From: an uncultured Actinomycetes bacterium
GTDB lineage: Bacteria > Actinomycetota > Thermoleophilia > RBG-16-64-13
Reading direction: 5' to 3'
Length of the DNA stretch: 64,000 nucleotides
Assembly: GCA_963706025.1 (NCBI GenBank)
Contig: CAVPLM010000005.1
Location: forward strand, 992,001-1,056,000
The translations under genes and the position numbers were made by a program. The notes below the pieces were generated by a model. That model saw nothing but the letters and a program-made list of their open reading frames with translations, was not told the origin of the DNA and searched no databases. This document shows, in pieces, positions 1-10,436 of this stretch; positions within the stretch are counted from its first letter, which is position 1, and each line of letters opens with the position of its first letter.

Positions 1-1128
1 CCCCTCGAACGGGAACGTGTACGGCAGCTTCAGCTCGTCGCGCAGGGTCACCAGCTCCTGCCGGAGACCGGCGTCGACGGGCACGCCCTTGTCTTTGCGT
101 TCCTGCCAGGCCAGGTACTCTTTCTCGCCGCAGGTGTAGATGCGCTCCTTGCCCGGAGCCCTGGTGGACGCGCGCAGGGCCCGCAGGATATCGCCGGTGG
201 TCTTCTTGAAGGCCTCGAGATCGGTGAAGCAGTCGATGTCGATGGCCATGAAGAAGTGGCCGAGCGGAATGGGGATGTCCCTACCCTGCTCGTCCTTGCC
301 CCCGAGTTGCTTCAGGAACGCTCCCTGTGACAGGGCCGCCGACAGGATCTCGACCACCGTGGCGAAGCCGTAGCCCTTGTACCCGCCGGTCTCCTCCGTC
401 AAGCCGCCGATGGGGGCCAGCGCGGCCGCTCCCCGGATGAGATCCTGAAGGATCTGCACGGAATCGGTGGCCGACCTGCCTTCCCGGTCGATGACCAGGC
501 CCTCCGGGCAGTCCTTGCCCTCGCGGGCCCACTGCTCGATCTTGCCCCGCTGGATGACCGAGGTGGCGTAGTCGTTGGTGAAGGGGAACGGCTCGTCGGT
601 GGGCATGGCGAAGACCAGGGGGTTGGTGCCGAGCATGTTGTCTACCCCGTGGGTGGGAGCGATCGAGGGACGGGCGTTGGTGCCGGTCAAGCCGATCATG
701 CCGGCGTCGACCGCCATAAGCGAGTAGTAGGCGGCGAAGCCGTAATGGGTGGAGTTGCGGGCCACCACCATGCCCAGACCGTGCTCGCGGGCCTTGTCGA
801 TGGCCATCTGCATGCAGCGTTTGCCGATGACCATGCCCATGCCGTCGTGGCCGTCCACAACGGCCGTCGCTTTGCAGTCGCGGACCACCTCGAACCGCGT
901 CACCGGGTTCTGGATCCCACCCTTGACGATGCGGTCGTAGTAGATGGGCTTGAGCCGGCCGACGCCGTGGGAATCGATGCCGCGCTTGTCGGCGCTGATG
1001 AGGACGTCGGCACAGACCCGAGCGTCCGCGTCGGGGACGCCCACCCCCTTGAAGACGTCCACCATGAACGCCTCCAAGACATCGAACGGCACCCAGGAAC
1101 GACCCGAAGATCTGTCCGTTGTCGCCAT
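1..1128 (-). CDS. Ldh_2 family oxidoreductase (malate/L-lactate/ureidoglycolate dehydrogenase-like), runs off the left edge
   Basis: Manual translation from ATG 1128 (RBS AAGGAGG): MATTDRSSGRSWVPFDVLEAFMVDVFKGVGVPDADARVCADVLISADKRGIDSHGVGRL. Later motifs are STHYGFAAYY, GTNPL and GGYKGYG. It is missing from the ORF track because it has no stop inside the window. Confidence 0.9.
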   Translation of the reverse strand, partial: MATTDRSSGRSWVPFDVLEAFMVDVFKGVGVPDADARVCADVLISADKRGIDSHGVGRLKPIYYDRIVKGGIQNPVTRFEVVRDCKATAVVDGHDGMGMVIGKRCMQMAIDKAREHGLGMVVARNSTHYGFAAYYSLMAVDAGMIGLTGTNARPSIAPTHGVDNMLGTNPLVFAMPTDEPFPFTNDYATSVIQRGKIEQWAREGKDCPEGLVIDREGRSATDSVQILQDLIRGAAALAPIGGLTEETGGYKGYGFATVVEILSAALSQGAFLKQLGGKDEQGRDIPIPLGHFFMAIDIDCFTDLEAFKKTTGDILRALRASTRAPGKERIYTCGEKEYLAWQERKDKGVPVDAGLRQELVTLRDELKLPYTFPFEG

Positions 1129-1239
1129 GTCGCCCTCCTTCCCGGCCCGGTGACGGCTCCACAGTAGCAGACCAGGACGCGATGCCGGCGGCGGTGGAAG
1201 CAGCCGTCCTCGCCCCATCCCGCCGACACAGACCCGGCG

Positions 1240-1740
1240 CTAGAGCTCGATCTCCGCCGGCGCCGGCATCGCGTCCGCGAACCACTCGGTCTCGCTGAAC
1301 TCAGCGCTCGCGATATCGTCGAGCGGCATCTTGAGATACTTCCCGCGGGCCTCCACCGCCACACTGCCGTCCTCCAGCACGATCTCACCGGTACCCTCGA
1401 ACAGCCGGGTCGAGTCGCGGGTGATGCGTCCGATCGCCTTGATCTCCCGGTCGATCGGTACCGGCTTACGGAACTTCACAGTCAGCTCGACGGTAACGCC
1501 CCAGGTGTGCGAATCGGCGATGTTGATGGCCCGGCCGATGGTCTCGTCGAGGATCGCCGAGGCCACGCCGCCGTGCAGGCGCCCGGGATAGCCCTGATGC
1601 TCCGCCTTGGGCTGAAAGACCCCGACCAATTCGCCGTTCTCGAGTTCGAAGAAGCGCGCCCCGAGGCCGGCCACGTTCTCGACTCCGCAGACCAAACACA
1701 TGCGGCTCACGTTCTGGACGGCGCGAACCTTGTGGTTCAT
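1240..1740 (-). CDS. PaaI family thioesterase (hotdog fold)
   Basis: CLVCGVENVAGL and HQGYPGRLHGGVASAILDETIG motifs. Confidence 0.9.
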   Translation of the reverse strand: MNHKVRAVQNVSRMCLVCGVENVAGLGARFFELENGELVGVFQPKAEHQGYPGRLHGGVASAILDETIGRAINIADSHTWGVTVELTVKFRKPVPIDREIKAIGRITRDSTRLFEGTGEIVLEDGSVAVEARGKYLKMPLDDIASAEFSETEWFADAMPAPAEIEL

Positions 1741-1818
1741 ACAGGATTCCCTTCGTGCTCGCGTGACTGCGCAGACAGACCCGGATGCGCAGCCCAGCCT
1801 ACCACCAGAAGGCGGCGG

Positions 1819-2382
1819 TCAGGAGCCGGTGGGCGTCGTGGTGTGCGCCGGCGCCCACAGGCCCAGGCTCTCGGCACGAGCCTTCCGCTGCGCTTCCCTC
1901 AACTGCGACTGGCGGGCGAGATTCGGAGGGTATTCATGGGCTCGAGCGTACCCATCGCGCACCAAGCGCTCGTTGACGAGCACCTCGCCCGCCCACACGT
2001 AGGCGAGCAGGCGCCCGAAGTCATCGCGCTCGTCCACATCCAGCTCCAGATACAGCGGACCCGACGCAAGCAGCTCCGCGTTGTGGATCGAGGCCTCCTC
2101 GCCCATGTACTCGGCCGCCGCATCAGTGTGGGCGATCTCCGGCGTGTCGATCCCGATGTACCGTACCCGCTCCTCGCTACCGTCGGGCATGCGCACCCAG
2201 ATGGTATCGCCGTCGACGACCTCGACCAATTCCACTTCGACGCGCCCCGGCGCGACGGTACCGCTTCCCTGGGACGGAGGCTGGGTCGCCGGCTCACCCC
2301 CACACCCGGCGGGCAGGATTACGGCCGGCGCCGTCAAGAGCACGGCCAGAACTAGGGCCGCGCCGGCCGGCCGCCGTTTCAC
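1819..2382 (-). CDS. Thermonuclease (SNase-like) lipoprotein
   Basis: Lipobox (LPAGC), VVDGDTI, RVRYIGIDTPE, DDFGRLLAYV, VNERLVRDGYA. Confidence 0.9.
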   Translation of the reverse strand: MKRRPAGAALVLAVLLTAPAVILPAGCGGEPATQPPSQGSGTVAPGRVEVELVEVVDGDTIWVRMPDGSEERVRYIGIDTPEIAHTDAAAEYMGEEASIHNAELLASGPLYLELDVDERDDFGRLLAYVWAGEVLVNERLVRDGYARAHEYPPNLARQSQLREAQRKARAESLGLWAPAHTTTPTGS

Positions 2383-2434
2383 GATCGCTCCAGCGCCGGC
2401 GCGGGCGCCGCTCTATGCCCGCGACGATACCCCA

Positions 2435-2930
2435 CTACCAGCCCAGGGTCCCCGGGTCTCCCTTGAAGGGTCCGACGATGTCGGAGGTCACCCAACCCCC
2501 ATAGAAGCCCCCCGGCTGCGGCTCCACCCGCTCGCCGTCCACAAGGCAGGCGTCCATGTCGTGCGCGTAGATGGCGATATGACCCCGGATGGACGCAAAG
2601 GGCTCGGTCGGTTCGGGGTAGCTCCAAGCGGCGTTCTCCGCCCTCCGGTCTCCGACGCACGATGGTGTAGTAGACCGCCTGGCCCTTCCACTCGCAGATG
2701 GTCCGCCGGGAAGAGGGTTGGAAGTGCTCCGTACGCACGTCTTCGCGGGGCAGATAGTATGTGGGAGGATGACTGGTCTCGAGCACCCGTTTGGCTCCCA
2801 GTGAGTCGGCGATCACCACTCCGTTGAAGATCACCTGGATATGCCGGCGGCTGTCCTCGACCCTCGGTGGCCGGGGGTAGTCCCACACCGACTCCCGGCC
2901 GGAGCCGGGCTCGTCACCATAGGTAGTCAC
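2435..2930 (-). CDS. DUF427 domain protein, one frameshift near 2655
   Basis: ESVWDYPRPP, RVLETSHPPTYY and CEWKGQA, continuing in another frame as NAAWSYPEP...QPGGFYGGWVTSDIVGPFKGDPGTLGW*. Confidence 0.85.
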
Positions 2931-2943
2931 GATCCCCTCCCAA

Positions 2944-3610
2944 TCACTCGAGCCCGACGACGGCCGCAGCAATCTCGGTCGCCGTCATCCCGCCCATGCG
3001 GACATCTCCGATACGGCCTTGAGGATCGATGAAGAAAGCCGTCGGAACCCCCTCCAAGCCGTAGCGAGCGCCTATCTCGTCGTTGGAGTCCATAAGAACC
3101 GGCAGTTCGCTCTCCGCTCCAAGTACGGCCCGAGGCGTCCTCCGTGGTGTCCCAGACCGCTACGATCAGCAACCCAGTGCTCTCCTTGTTGTCTCGATAG
3201 AACCTATCGAGTTCGGGAACTTCGTCCCGGCACGGGCCTCAGCCGCTCGACCAGAACACGAGAACCAGCGGCCGCCCGGCGAAGGAGTCGAGCGAGACCT
3301 CCATCCCGGAGAGTGTCACCCCGCTGAACTCGGGAGCCGGCGGCCGGTCCGAATGGGTCTGGGTAGTCGTCGTGGGCGCGGCAGTGGTCGTCGTAGGCGC
3401 CGCCGTGGTCGTGGGCGCGACCGTCGTCGTGGGCGCCAACGTGGTCGTAGGCGCCGCCGTGGCTGTCGTCTGCGCGTACGAGGTGCTCGAGCCGCCGTCG
3501 ATAGCCGTGGGCTGAGTGTCGCCGCAACCCAGGACAGCGGTCACCAGCGCAAGGGCGACGATGGCAAGTGAGGACCGCACAGAAACGTTCCCGACACTCC
3601 TAGGACTCAC
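2944..3610 (-). CDS. TlpA/ResA-like thiol:disulfide oxidoreductase lipoprotein, putative selenoprotein (in-frame TGA 3239-3241 giving UGPC), one frameshift near 3130
   Basis: Lipobox VLGC and a Thr-rich linker, then PAPEFSGVTLSGMEVSLDSFAGRPLVLVFWSSG-TGA-GPCRDEVPEL. After the indel it reads LPVLMDSNDEIGARYGLEGVPTAFFIDPQGRI, which completes the thioredoxin fold including the cis-Pro motif GVPT. Confidence 0.85.
3214..3229 (-). promoter_or_regulatory. Putative bacterial SECIS hairpin
   Basis: CGGGAC-GAA-GTTCCCG starts 10 nt after the in-frame TGA. The stem has a bulged U and the apical loop begins with G. Confidence 0.6.
3355..3475 (-). repeat. Degenerate ~18-bp coding repeats giving an APTTT(L/V/A) linker
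   Basis: TAAPTTTLAPTTTVAPTTTAAPTTTTAAPTTTT in the lipoprotein. Confidence 0.7.
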
Positions 3611-4866
3611 GAGACCCCCCTCTCCGGCGCCGGTTTCTTGCGAGTCACGACATATATTGTAGCCGCGATGGTACCCACCAAGGGGAACAGGGCCAGAAGC
3701 AGATAGCCGGATAGATAGCCCGAATCGCCGACAGAAGTGCCGTAGGCGTCCAGCAGCACCCCAAAGAGCCAGGGGGCAAAAAGCGTCCCCACCAGGTTCG
3801 TCAGATTCAGGAAACCGGTGGCCGGTCCCACCTGCTCGGGCCGAGCCACGATCTCGGGCACCGAGCCCATGATGGCCGGAAACACGGCCATCGTCAGAAA
3901 GCCCGCGATCACCACACCCGCGATCACCAGTCCCAGACCGGGCGCGACGGGAACCAGCGCGGTCGCGGCGAACATCACGGCCATTCCCGAAAGGAGGACG
4001 AACGGCTTTCCCCAGCGGGCCATGGCCGCTGCCCCGGCCACATTGCCGAGCATCTGCGCCACCCCGATCCCGGCGGTCAGGTAAGCGGCCACGGCCAGAC
4101 TGGCCCCCCGCTGATCGTTCAGGAACGCCGGGGTCCAGGCCAGCATGCCTACGACGATGGCCATCACCCCGATGTTGATCACTGCCAGGAGGATCAGACG
4201 GCGATTGACCGCCACGGCCCCCACTCCCCGGGCCAAGGCCGAGAACGAGATCATTCCTTCGGGGTGCCGAGGCTTGGCCCGGATCGCCTTCTGAGCCAGA
4301 GCCACCAAACCGATCACGATAGCGATGGCCGCTGCCGCCAGGAATACCCCTCTGTACCCACCGGCCTCATGGATGCCGGGCATGATCAGCAGGGCCGCGA
4401 CCACCCCCAGGCCATGGCCGGTGCCGAATACCCCCAGAGCGCGAGCGTGATAGCGCGGCCCGATGCTCTGTGCCATCAGAGGATTGCTCACCGGGATCAC
4501 GGTAGATCCGCCGGCCCCTTGTAGGAACCGGGCGACAAGGAACCAGGGGTACGAAGCGCTGAACGCGAAGAGGATCGATCCCAGCGCATAGACCCCGGCC
4601 CCCACGACCAGAGTCCGTCCGCCCCACCGCGCTCCGGCCAACCCCATGGGGATCGCGCCGATGGCAAAGGTGACCATGAAGATGGAAGTCAGAAACCCGA
4701 TCTGGGACGAGGAGAAGGAGAACTGTTCCTCCAGATCCTTGCCCACAATGGGCATCAGGGACAGCGCGATGCTGTTCATGGCCATGAACAGCATCAGCGA
4801 CAGAGACAGCGAATCGGCCCCCCGCCGGGTATCGAGGGAAACGCCGTAGACTGCGCCTTCCTGCAT
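3607..4866 (-). CDS. MFS transporter
   Basis: About 12 hydrophobic segments, motif A-like GLAGARWGGR, and ARFLQGAG. Confidence 0.9.
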   Translation of the reverse strand: MQEGAVYGVSLDTRRGADSLSLSLMLFMAMNSIALSLMPIVGKDLEEQFSFSSSQIGFLTSIFMVTFAIGAIPMGLAGARWGGRTLVVGAGVYALGSILFAFSASYPWFLVARFLQGAGGSTVIPVSNPLMAQSIGPRYHARALGVFGTGHGLGVVAALLIMPGIHEAGGYRGVFLAAAAIAIVIGLVALAQKAIRAKPRHPEGMISFSALARGVGAVAVNRRLILLAVINIGVMAIVVGMLAWTPAFLNDQRGASLAVAAYLTAGIGVAQMLGNVAGAAAMARWGKPFVLLSGMAVMFAATALVPVAPGLGLVIAGVVIAGFLTMAVFPAIMGSVPEIVARPEQVGPATGFLNLTNLVGTLFAPWLFGVLLDAYGTSVGDSGYLSGYLLLALFPLVGTIAATIYVVTRKKPAPERGVS

Positions 4867-5028
4867 AGTGCCCCTTCGCCTCTGTCCCCGACCGCCGGCC
4901 CCTGCGCACTTGGACCCAGGGGCACTTCAGCATATCAGGTGGCGATCAGTGCCTTCTTCGCGCAGGAGGGGAGCGCGTGGGGTAGCCACCGTGGCGGAGC
5001 AACTCAAGGCTCCGCGGTCGCTGCAGCG

Positions 5029-6187
5029 CTAGTCCAGCATCTGCGAGGCTTTCGCCATCTCCTGAGACACCGGGATCTGCTGGGGGCAGGCCTCTACACA
5101 TTGGCCGCACTCAGTGCACGCAGAAGCTGGAGCAGTGTGACCGGCGCCCAGCTCGAACTTGTAGGTCGCAAGCTCTGCCGCGAAATCGTCGAATAGCGCC
5201 GCATTGTTGACGCAACCCAGTATGAGAGGGATGTCGATACCCTCGGGGCAGGGCAGGCAGTAGCGGCACCCGGTGCAGTCGACCGCTATGCGCGCCTGGT
5301 ACGCTTCCCGGACCTGCCCGATCAAGGCATGCTCTCCCGGGCTCAGGGATCCCGCCTGGCCCTGCGCGGCGATCTGCACATTGGCGACGACCTGCTCCAT
5401 GGCCGACATCCCGCTCAGCAGCAGGCTCACCCGGGGATCGTCCCACACGAAGCGGAGCGCCCATTCCACCGGCGCGCGCGTCACCGCAGCCGAATCCCAC
5501 AGAGCCTGCACCTCCCCGGGGGCGCGGCCGGCCAGACGTCCCCCCTTGAGCGGCTCCATCACGATCACTCCAAGACCGCGGCCGGCCGCGTACTCGAGCC
5601 CCGCTCTACCCGCCTGGTAATCCACATCCATGTAGTTGTACTGGATCTGGCAGAAGTCCCAGTCGTACGCATCGACGATGGGCGCGAACGCCGGCGGGTC
5701 GTCGTGATAGGAGAAGCCGGCATAGCGGATCCTCCCGTCGGCCCTGGCGGCATCGAGGAACCCGAGCACGCCCAGGTCGACCATCTTGGCCCAGCTTCCC
5801 GCGCTCAGACCGTGGACCAGGTAGCAGTCGATCTGACTCGCTGCGCAGCCGCTCCAGTTGACCGGCGAGGATTCTGTCCATGTCCGCGCGGGAGCCGACC
5901 ACCCACGTGGGGAGTTTAGTGGCAAGCAGCACCTTCTCCCTATAGCCGCCGGCCAGCGCTCCACCGACGAAGGCCTCGCTCTCACCCGGACGTTCGAAGC
6001 TGGTCCCGTGATAGGGAAAAGCGGTGTCGACGTAGTTGACCCCGTGGTCGATGGCGTAGTGCAGCATCTCGGTGGCGAGGGGGACATCGATGCGCTCGCG
6101 GCGTCCATCGAGGACAGGCAGGCGCATGCAGCCAAAGCCGAGGATCGATACGCGCTCGCCGGTCTTCCCGAGATCACGGTACAGCAT
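5029..6187 (-). CDS. Aldo/keto reductase with C-terminal 4Fe-4S dicluster, frameshift near 5840
   Basis: MLYRDLGKTGERVSILGFGCMRLP, GVNYVDTAFPY, LATKLP, QIQYNY, IVMEPLKGG, CTGCRYCLPCP, CTECGQCVEACP. Confidence 0.9.
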
Positions 6188-6199
6188 GGCGCTCCCTTT

Positions 6200-6409
6200 G
6201 TGCGTCATTCGTGCAGACGTGTCGGGTTCCCCGGAGAAAGAATCCAGCTTCTGGACCAGACTCTCGATCAGGTCTTCGCGCTCTCTCAAGTGGTGCTTGA
6301 GTTCTCGGGAATCGGTGTTGGCGATCTCGAAGAGCATCGCCTTTCGATATCTCTCGATGACGAAGCGGATGACCTCGATCTCCTTCATGCTCAGCGGCAC
6401 GTCAATCAT
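6200..6409 (-). CDS. Small helical hypothetical protein (~66 aa), reading in frame into the aldo/keto reductase in this assembly
   Basis: RBS AAGGAGG, then MIDVPLSMKEIEVIRFVIERYRKAMLFEIANTDSRELKHHLREREDLIESL. The 3' end is approximate. Confidence 0.6.
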
Positions 6410-6481
6410 CTCAGCCTCCTTTTTGACGGGTCCCGCGTTGTTACGGCACTGAACCAGGAGCCGCTCCCCAGACCGCTCGGC

Positions 6482-7213
6482 CTACGATCCCACCCTCCTG
6501 CGGGGGAAACGCGACCTTCGCACCTCGTCCCGGACGAGTGCCGCCAACTCCTCGGGGTCATCCAACACCGGCGAGCGAACATCTCCTCCCATCGCGATGA
6601 GGACGAGGCAGCCGTCTTCCACCTTCACTTCATGGACGGCCTCGAGCGGCACCACATCGGGGCTATCGGTGTCCACGCCAAACAGCACCGCTTCCGTGGT
6701 CAACTGGATCTCACCGTTGTCCCAGACCACCCGCTCCATGCCCCGGAAGGCCCGCATGTCCTTCTCCCACAGGTCCCGGTGACTTCCGATCGCGCGGCCG
6801 TACCTTCGGGCGATGATCTCGCTGGTCCCCTTGGCGATGCTCCATCCGACATGATGGTTGGTCTCCGCGAGCCGGCGCAGATCTGCTCCGTCGATGACGA
6901 TCGCCTCCACGGGCTCCGTCGTCTCGCCGGTGGCGATGTAGCGGTAGGGCTTGGTCACGACAGCCCAACCAAGCTCCTCGCCGGCCGTTACCTCGTCCAG
7001 AACGCCGTCTGGGCCATCCAGCGTGTGCACCGTTACGATCACCTTGCCGGCCAAGAGCAAGTAGAGCCGGTCGGCCTCGGCACCCTCCTCGATGAGTCGG
7101 GTACCCGCCGGATAGTCCTCTACCCTGGAGATCTGTGCGACCGCCGCCAGCTCATCCGGACCGAGTCCGGCGAAGATGCTGAACTCCCGCAGTCGATCGA
7201 GTGGTTCGATCAT
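6482..7213 (-). CDS. Cyclic nucleotide-binding domain protein with an extra C-terminal domain
   Basis: IFAGL...LIEEGAEADRLYLLLAGKV...GEELGW...ATGETTEP, a Crp-type cNMP fold with no HTH. Confidence 0.8.
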   Translation of the reverse strand: MIEPLDRLREFSIFAGLGPDELAAVAQISRVEDYPAGTRLIEEGAEADRLYLLLAGKVIVTVHTLDGPDGVLDEVTAGEELGWAVVTKPYRYIATGETTEPVEAIVIDGADLRRLAETNHHVGWSIAKGTSEIIARRYGRAIGSHRDLWEKDMRAFRGMERVVWDNGEIQLTTEAVLFGVDTDSPDVVPLEAVHEVKVEDGCLVLIAMGGDVRSPVLDDPEELAALVRDEVRRSRFPRRRVGS

Positions 7214-7373
7214 GTCCCCTCCCAAAAGGTAGAAGGACTCCGATCGTGGATCGCGGGGACGAGCCCCTACTTTGTCACTCCCCCCAATGGCCCAACTCTA
7301 ATCCTCTGCCCCTCTGCCCGCGCCTGCGCGCGGTCTCGGCGGCCCCGGCGCGGTGCCCGCGCCCCGACGCGGT

Positions 7374-8174
7374 CTAGTGAGGAGTCAGGCCCCCATCGAC
7401 CAGAAGCGTCTGGCAGGTCATGAAGTCGCTGTCGGGCGAGGCCAGGAAGAGGGCGGGACCGGCAAGGTCCTCTGGGACCTCGTTCCGCTCCTTGAGGGCC
7501 TGCCTGTTGCGGTTGATCTCGTACCAGTCCAGGGCATCCTTGGTCAACTCCAGTTGCGCGTCGGAAAGGGTGAAACCCGGTGCGATCGCGTTGACCCGGA
7601 TGCCGAACTCCCCGATCTCTCTCCCCAGGGAGCGGGTGAAACCTATGACCCCACCCTTGCTGGTGGTGTAGTGGATGAAGCCCGGCACTCCCTCGAAGAA
7701 GGTGGAGGAACTCAGGTTGACGACCTTGCCGTAGCCTTGCGACTTCATGTAGGGGAAGACTGCTTGGACACAGAACCACATGCCCCGCACGTTCACGGCC
7801 TGCATCTGGTCCCACTCCTCCGTGGTCCACTCGTTGAACGGTCGCCAGGTTCCCATGGTCCCGAAGAAAGCGGCATTGTTGACCAGGATGTCGATGCGCC
7901 CTCCGAAGGTGTCCGCCACCCGCTTGGCGGCAGTCTCGCATTGGCGTAGGTCGGTGATATCGCACCCCACCGCGATGGCCGTGCCCCCCGCGGCCTCGAT
8001 CTCTTTCGCGACCCGAGCTGCTCCCTGGCTATTGACGTCCAGCACCGCGACTCGGGCGCCCTCCTGCCCGAAGCGCAGGCAGATCGCCCGCCCAATGCTG
8101 TTGGTGCCTCCCCCTCCGGTGACGATGGCGACCTTGTCTTGGAGACGACCCCGCGCCCTGCCTGCATCACTCAT
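7374..8174 (-). CDS. Short-chain dehydrogenase/reductase (SDR)
   Basis: VAIVTGGG..IG, ILVNNA, YTTSK (YxxxK), IRVNAIAPG, LVDGG. Confidence 0.92.
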   Translation of the reverse strand: MSDAGRARGRLQDKVAIVTGGGGTNSIGRAICLRFGQEGARVAVLDVNSQGAARVAKEIEAAGGTAIAVGCDITDLRQCETAAKRVADTFGGRIDILVNNAAFFGTMGTWRPFNEWTTEEWDQMQAVNVRGMWFCVQAVFPYMKSQGYGKVVNLSSSTFFEGVPGFIHYTTSKGGVIGFTRSLGREIGEFGIRVNAIAPGFTLSDAQLELTKDALDWYEINRNRQALKERNEVPEDLAGPALFLASPDSDFMTCQTLLVDGGLTPH

Positions 8175-8305
8175 GTTCTTCACCCATCTCCCGTTCCCGT
8201 GGAAAACTATAGACTGCCATGAGCATACTATGGTGGACACTTGGATTTGAAGACGCCCGCGGGTGGTAGCTCGGGCATCCGGTCAGCTGCAAGAGGAGAG
8301 AAAGC

Positions 8306-8753
8306 ATGAAACACACTCAAGGCGCCATCGGCCGGATCTTCGTGCTCCGGCTCGAAGATGGCGAGCTCTTGAACGACACCCTCGAGGTCTTCGCCCGCGA
8401 CCACGGCGTCCAGAGAGGACTGGCCTTCTACGTCGGAGGATCTGCCGAAGGGAGCAGGCTGGTGGTGGGTCCCGATGCCGGCCGTGACGATGCCATCATC
8501 CCGCTGGTCCACGTGCTGGCCGGGGCTCCAGGAGGCTTTCGCCGTGGGCACCATCTTCCCCAATGAGGCCGGCGAGCCCATGCTGCACATGCACGCCGCC
8601 TCCGGACGGGAGGGCGCCGCCACCGTGGGCTGCACCAGAGCCGGGCTGCAGACCTGGCTGGTGGGTGAAGTGGTCCTACTCGAGATAACCGGCACCGAGG
8701 CGCGTAGAGAGCTGGATGCCGGCACCGGCTTCCAGCTCCTTTCGGTGTCCTGA
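8306..8753 (+). CDS. PPC/DUF296 domain protein, frameshift near 8525
   Basis: GRIFVLRLEDGE...GTIFPNEAGEPMLHMHAASGR...GEVVLLE. Confidence 0.85.
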
Positions 8754-8803
8754 TCCGTGGCCCCATACTCCTTGCCGGGCGGACCGCCCGGCTAGAACAG
8801 CCC

Positions 8804-9175
8804 TCAGCCCGGGGAGGGCAGGGCGAAGGACAGCACGACCACGGCGAGACCCAGCACCACAAGGAGCGGCTGCGTCCAGTGACGGTAGCCGATCATGCTC
8901 AGTTGGGCGACCATCCAGGCCAGGAGCACTATGCCCGCTTCCAGAGACATCACCCGGGCGCCCGAAGCGCCCCCCAGCAGCAGGGCCGCTGCCGCGGCCA
9001 TGCTGCCGCCGACGAGGACTAGGAGCACCAATCCGGGCGCGAAGTAGGTCTTGAACGCCGTGGCCTGCAGCCACTCCTTGGGGACTCGCGGAGCGCCCAG
9101 AAGTGCATACACGCCGCCGGCCACGGCGGCGGCGCCGATCAGGATCTCCAGCACGATGAGCGTAGAGCGGACCAT
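8804..9175 (-). CDS. Four-TM hypothetical membrane protein
   Basis: GAAAVAGG...WLQATAFKTYFAPGLVLLVLVGG...WMVAQL. Confidence 0.7.
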   Translation of the reverse strand: MVRSTLIVLEILIGAAAVAGGVYALLGAPRVPKEWLQATAFKTYFAPGLVLLVLVGGSMAAAAALLLGGASGARVMSLEAGIVLLAWMVAQLSMIGYRHWTQPLLVVLGLAVVVLSFALPSPG

Positions 9176-9293
9176 GTTAGGTGCTATGCATACCACAACC
9201 AAGAGCTGACAGACGAATAGTCGCGTGAAGGAACGGCGGCGGCCGAGGATGACGTCGAACGTGCGTTGTATCGTTGAGAGAGGGGGACCAGCC

Positions 9294-10248
9294 ATGTCCG
9301 GCCATCTGGGCACCGACGAAAAACAGACCCGTCTGAAGAAACCATCCGGCAGCCCACGGCGTACGGCCACCCTCCCGTTGGCCGCCGCCTTGCTGCTCGC
9401 AGTTGTCCTGATATCCGCTGCCTGCGGCGCCGCGAACCCTGGAGACGGCAGCGGGAGCACCTCTACCACGGGCACCGACGGCGCTATTTCCCACCCCACC
9501 GGCGCGAACGAGATCGTGCTCCAGGTCACCCATGGCGGTGGGTTCGTTCCCGTCGAGTACAACTTGACCATGGTGCCCCAGTTCTCCCTCTACGGTGACG
9601 GCAGGGTGATCGTCTCCGGGCCGGTCATCGCGATCTATCCGCCACCGGCGCTGCCGAACCTGCAGACTACCGTCATCTCCGAGGAATCGGTGCAGGCCAT
9701 CTTGTCGGCCGCCCGGGAGGCCGGGCTCTTCGACCCCACCGTCGACTACGGCCAGCCCGGTATCACCGATGTGGGGACCACCACGATAGTGATAAACGCC
9801 GATGGCACCACCTATCGCTCGGACATCTACGCCCTGGGCATGGAGTCGGGAGCCGGCGGACTGACCCTGGAACAACAACAGGCCCGAGCCGCCATCGACG
9901 AGCTCCGCAACAAGTTGATCGACCTCAGCGCCTTCGAGACGGGAGAGCTCACGTGGACCCCCTATGAGTACTCCGCGCTCGCCGTCTACAGCCAAGCCGT
10001 GGATCCGGGCGCGACCACCGACCCCACCGACATCCAGCCGAATCAGCCTCCAGTGGCCGCTGGGGGATCTGAGCACTCTCGGAGAGCCGGTGCTGCCCGA
10101 TGGATTCAGGCGGTTCGTCGTCTCCGGCCAAGACCTGGCCACGCTCAAGCCTCTTGCGCAGCAGGCGACCACTATCACTCTCTGGAAGAGCGGGGACCAG
10201 GAATACCACCTGTCCTTCAGGCCTCTGCTCCCAGAAGAGACGGTCTAG
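9294..10248 (+). CDS. Hypothetical lipoprotein, frameshift near 10045
   Basis: Lipobox ISAAC, GGGFVPVEY..VPQFSLYGDGRVI and PGITDVGTT. The C-terminus FRPLLPEETV lies in the second frame. Confidence 0.75.
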
Positions 10249-10436
10249 CTGCTCCGGCGGCTCGAGGGGCGAAGGCGGCGTGATCGGGCGCCCGGGCACC
10301 CCGGGCCCAGCCCTGTGAGCGGGGCCGGCACTCCCACGATGCTCCGGCCGCGCGGCGGCGCGGACACAAGGCGCCCTCGGTGGAGTAGCGTGCTAGTCTG
10401 ATTCTCCGTCGACCAGAACGCTCCGGGAGTACGCTC

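Noticed and set aside
5858-7423. Long antisense or alternate-frame ORFs (this 521-aa one, also 25259-26470, 16654-17808, 44222-45382)
   Set aside because: These are shadow ORFs of high-GC genes with no motifs, and they overlap well-supported genes on the opposite strand.
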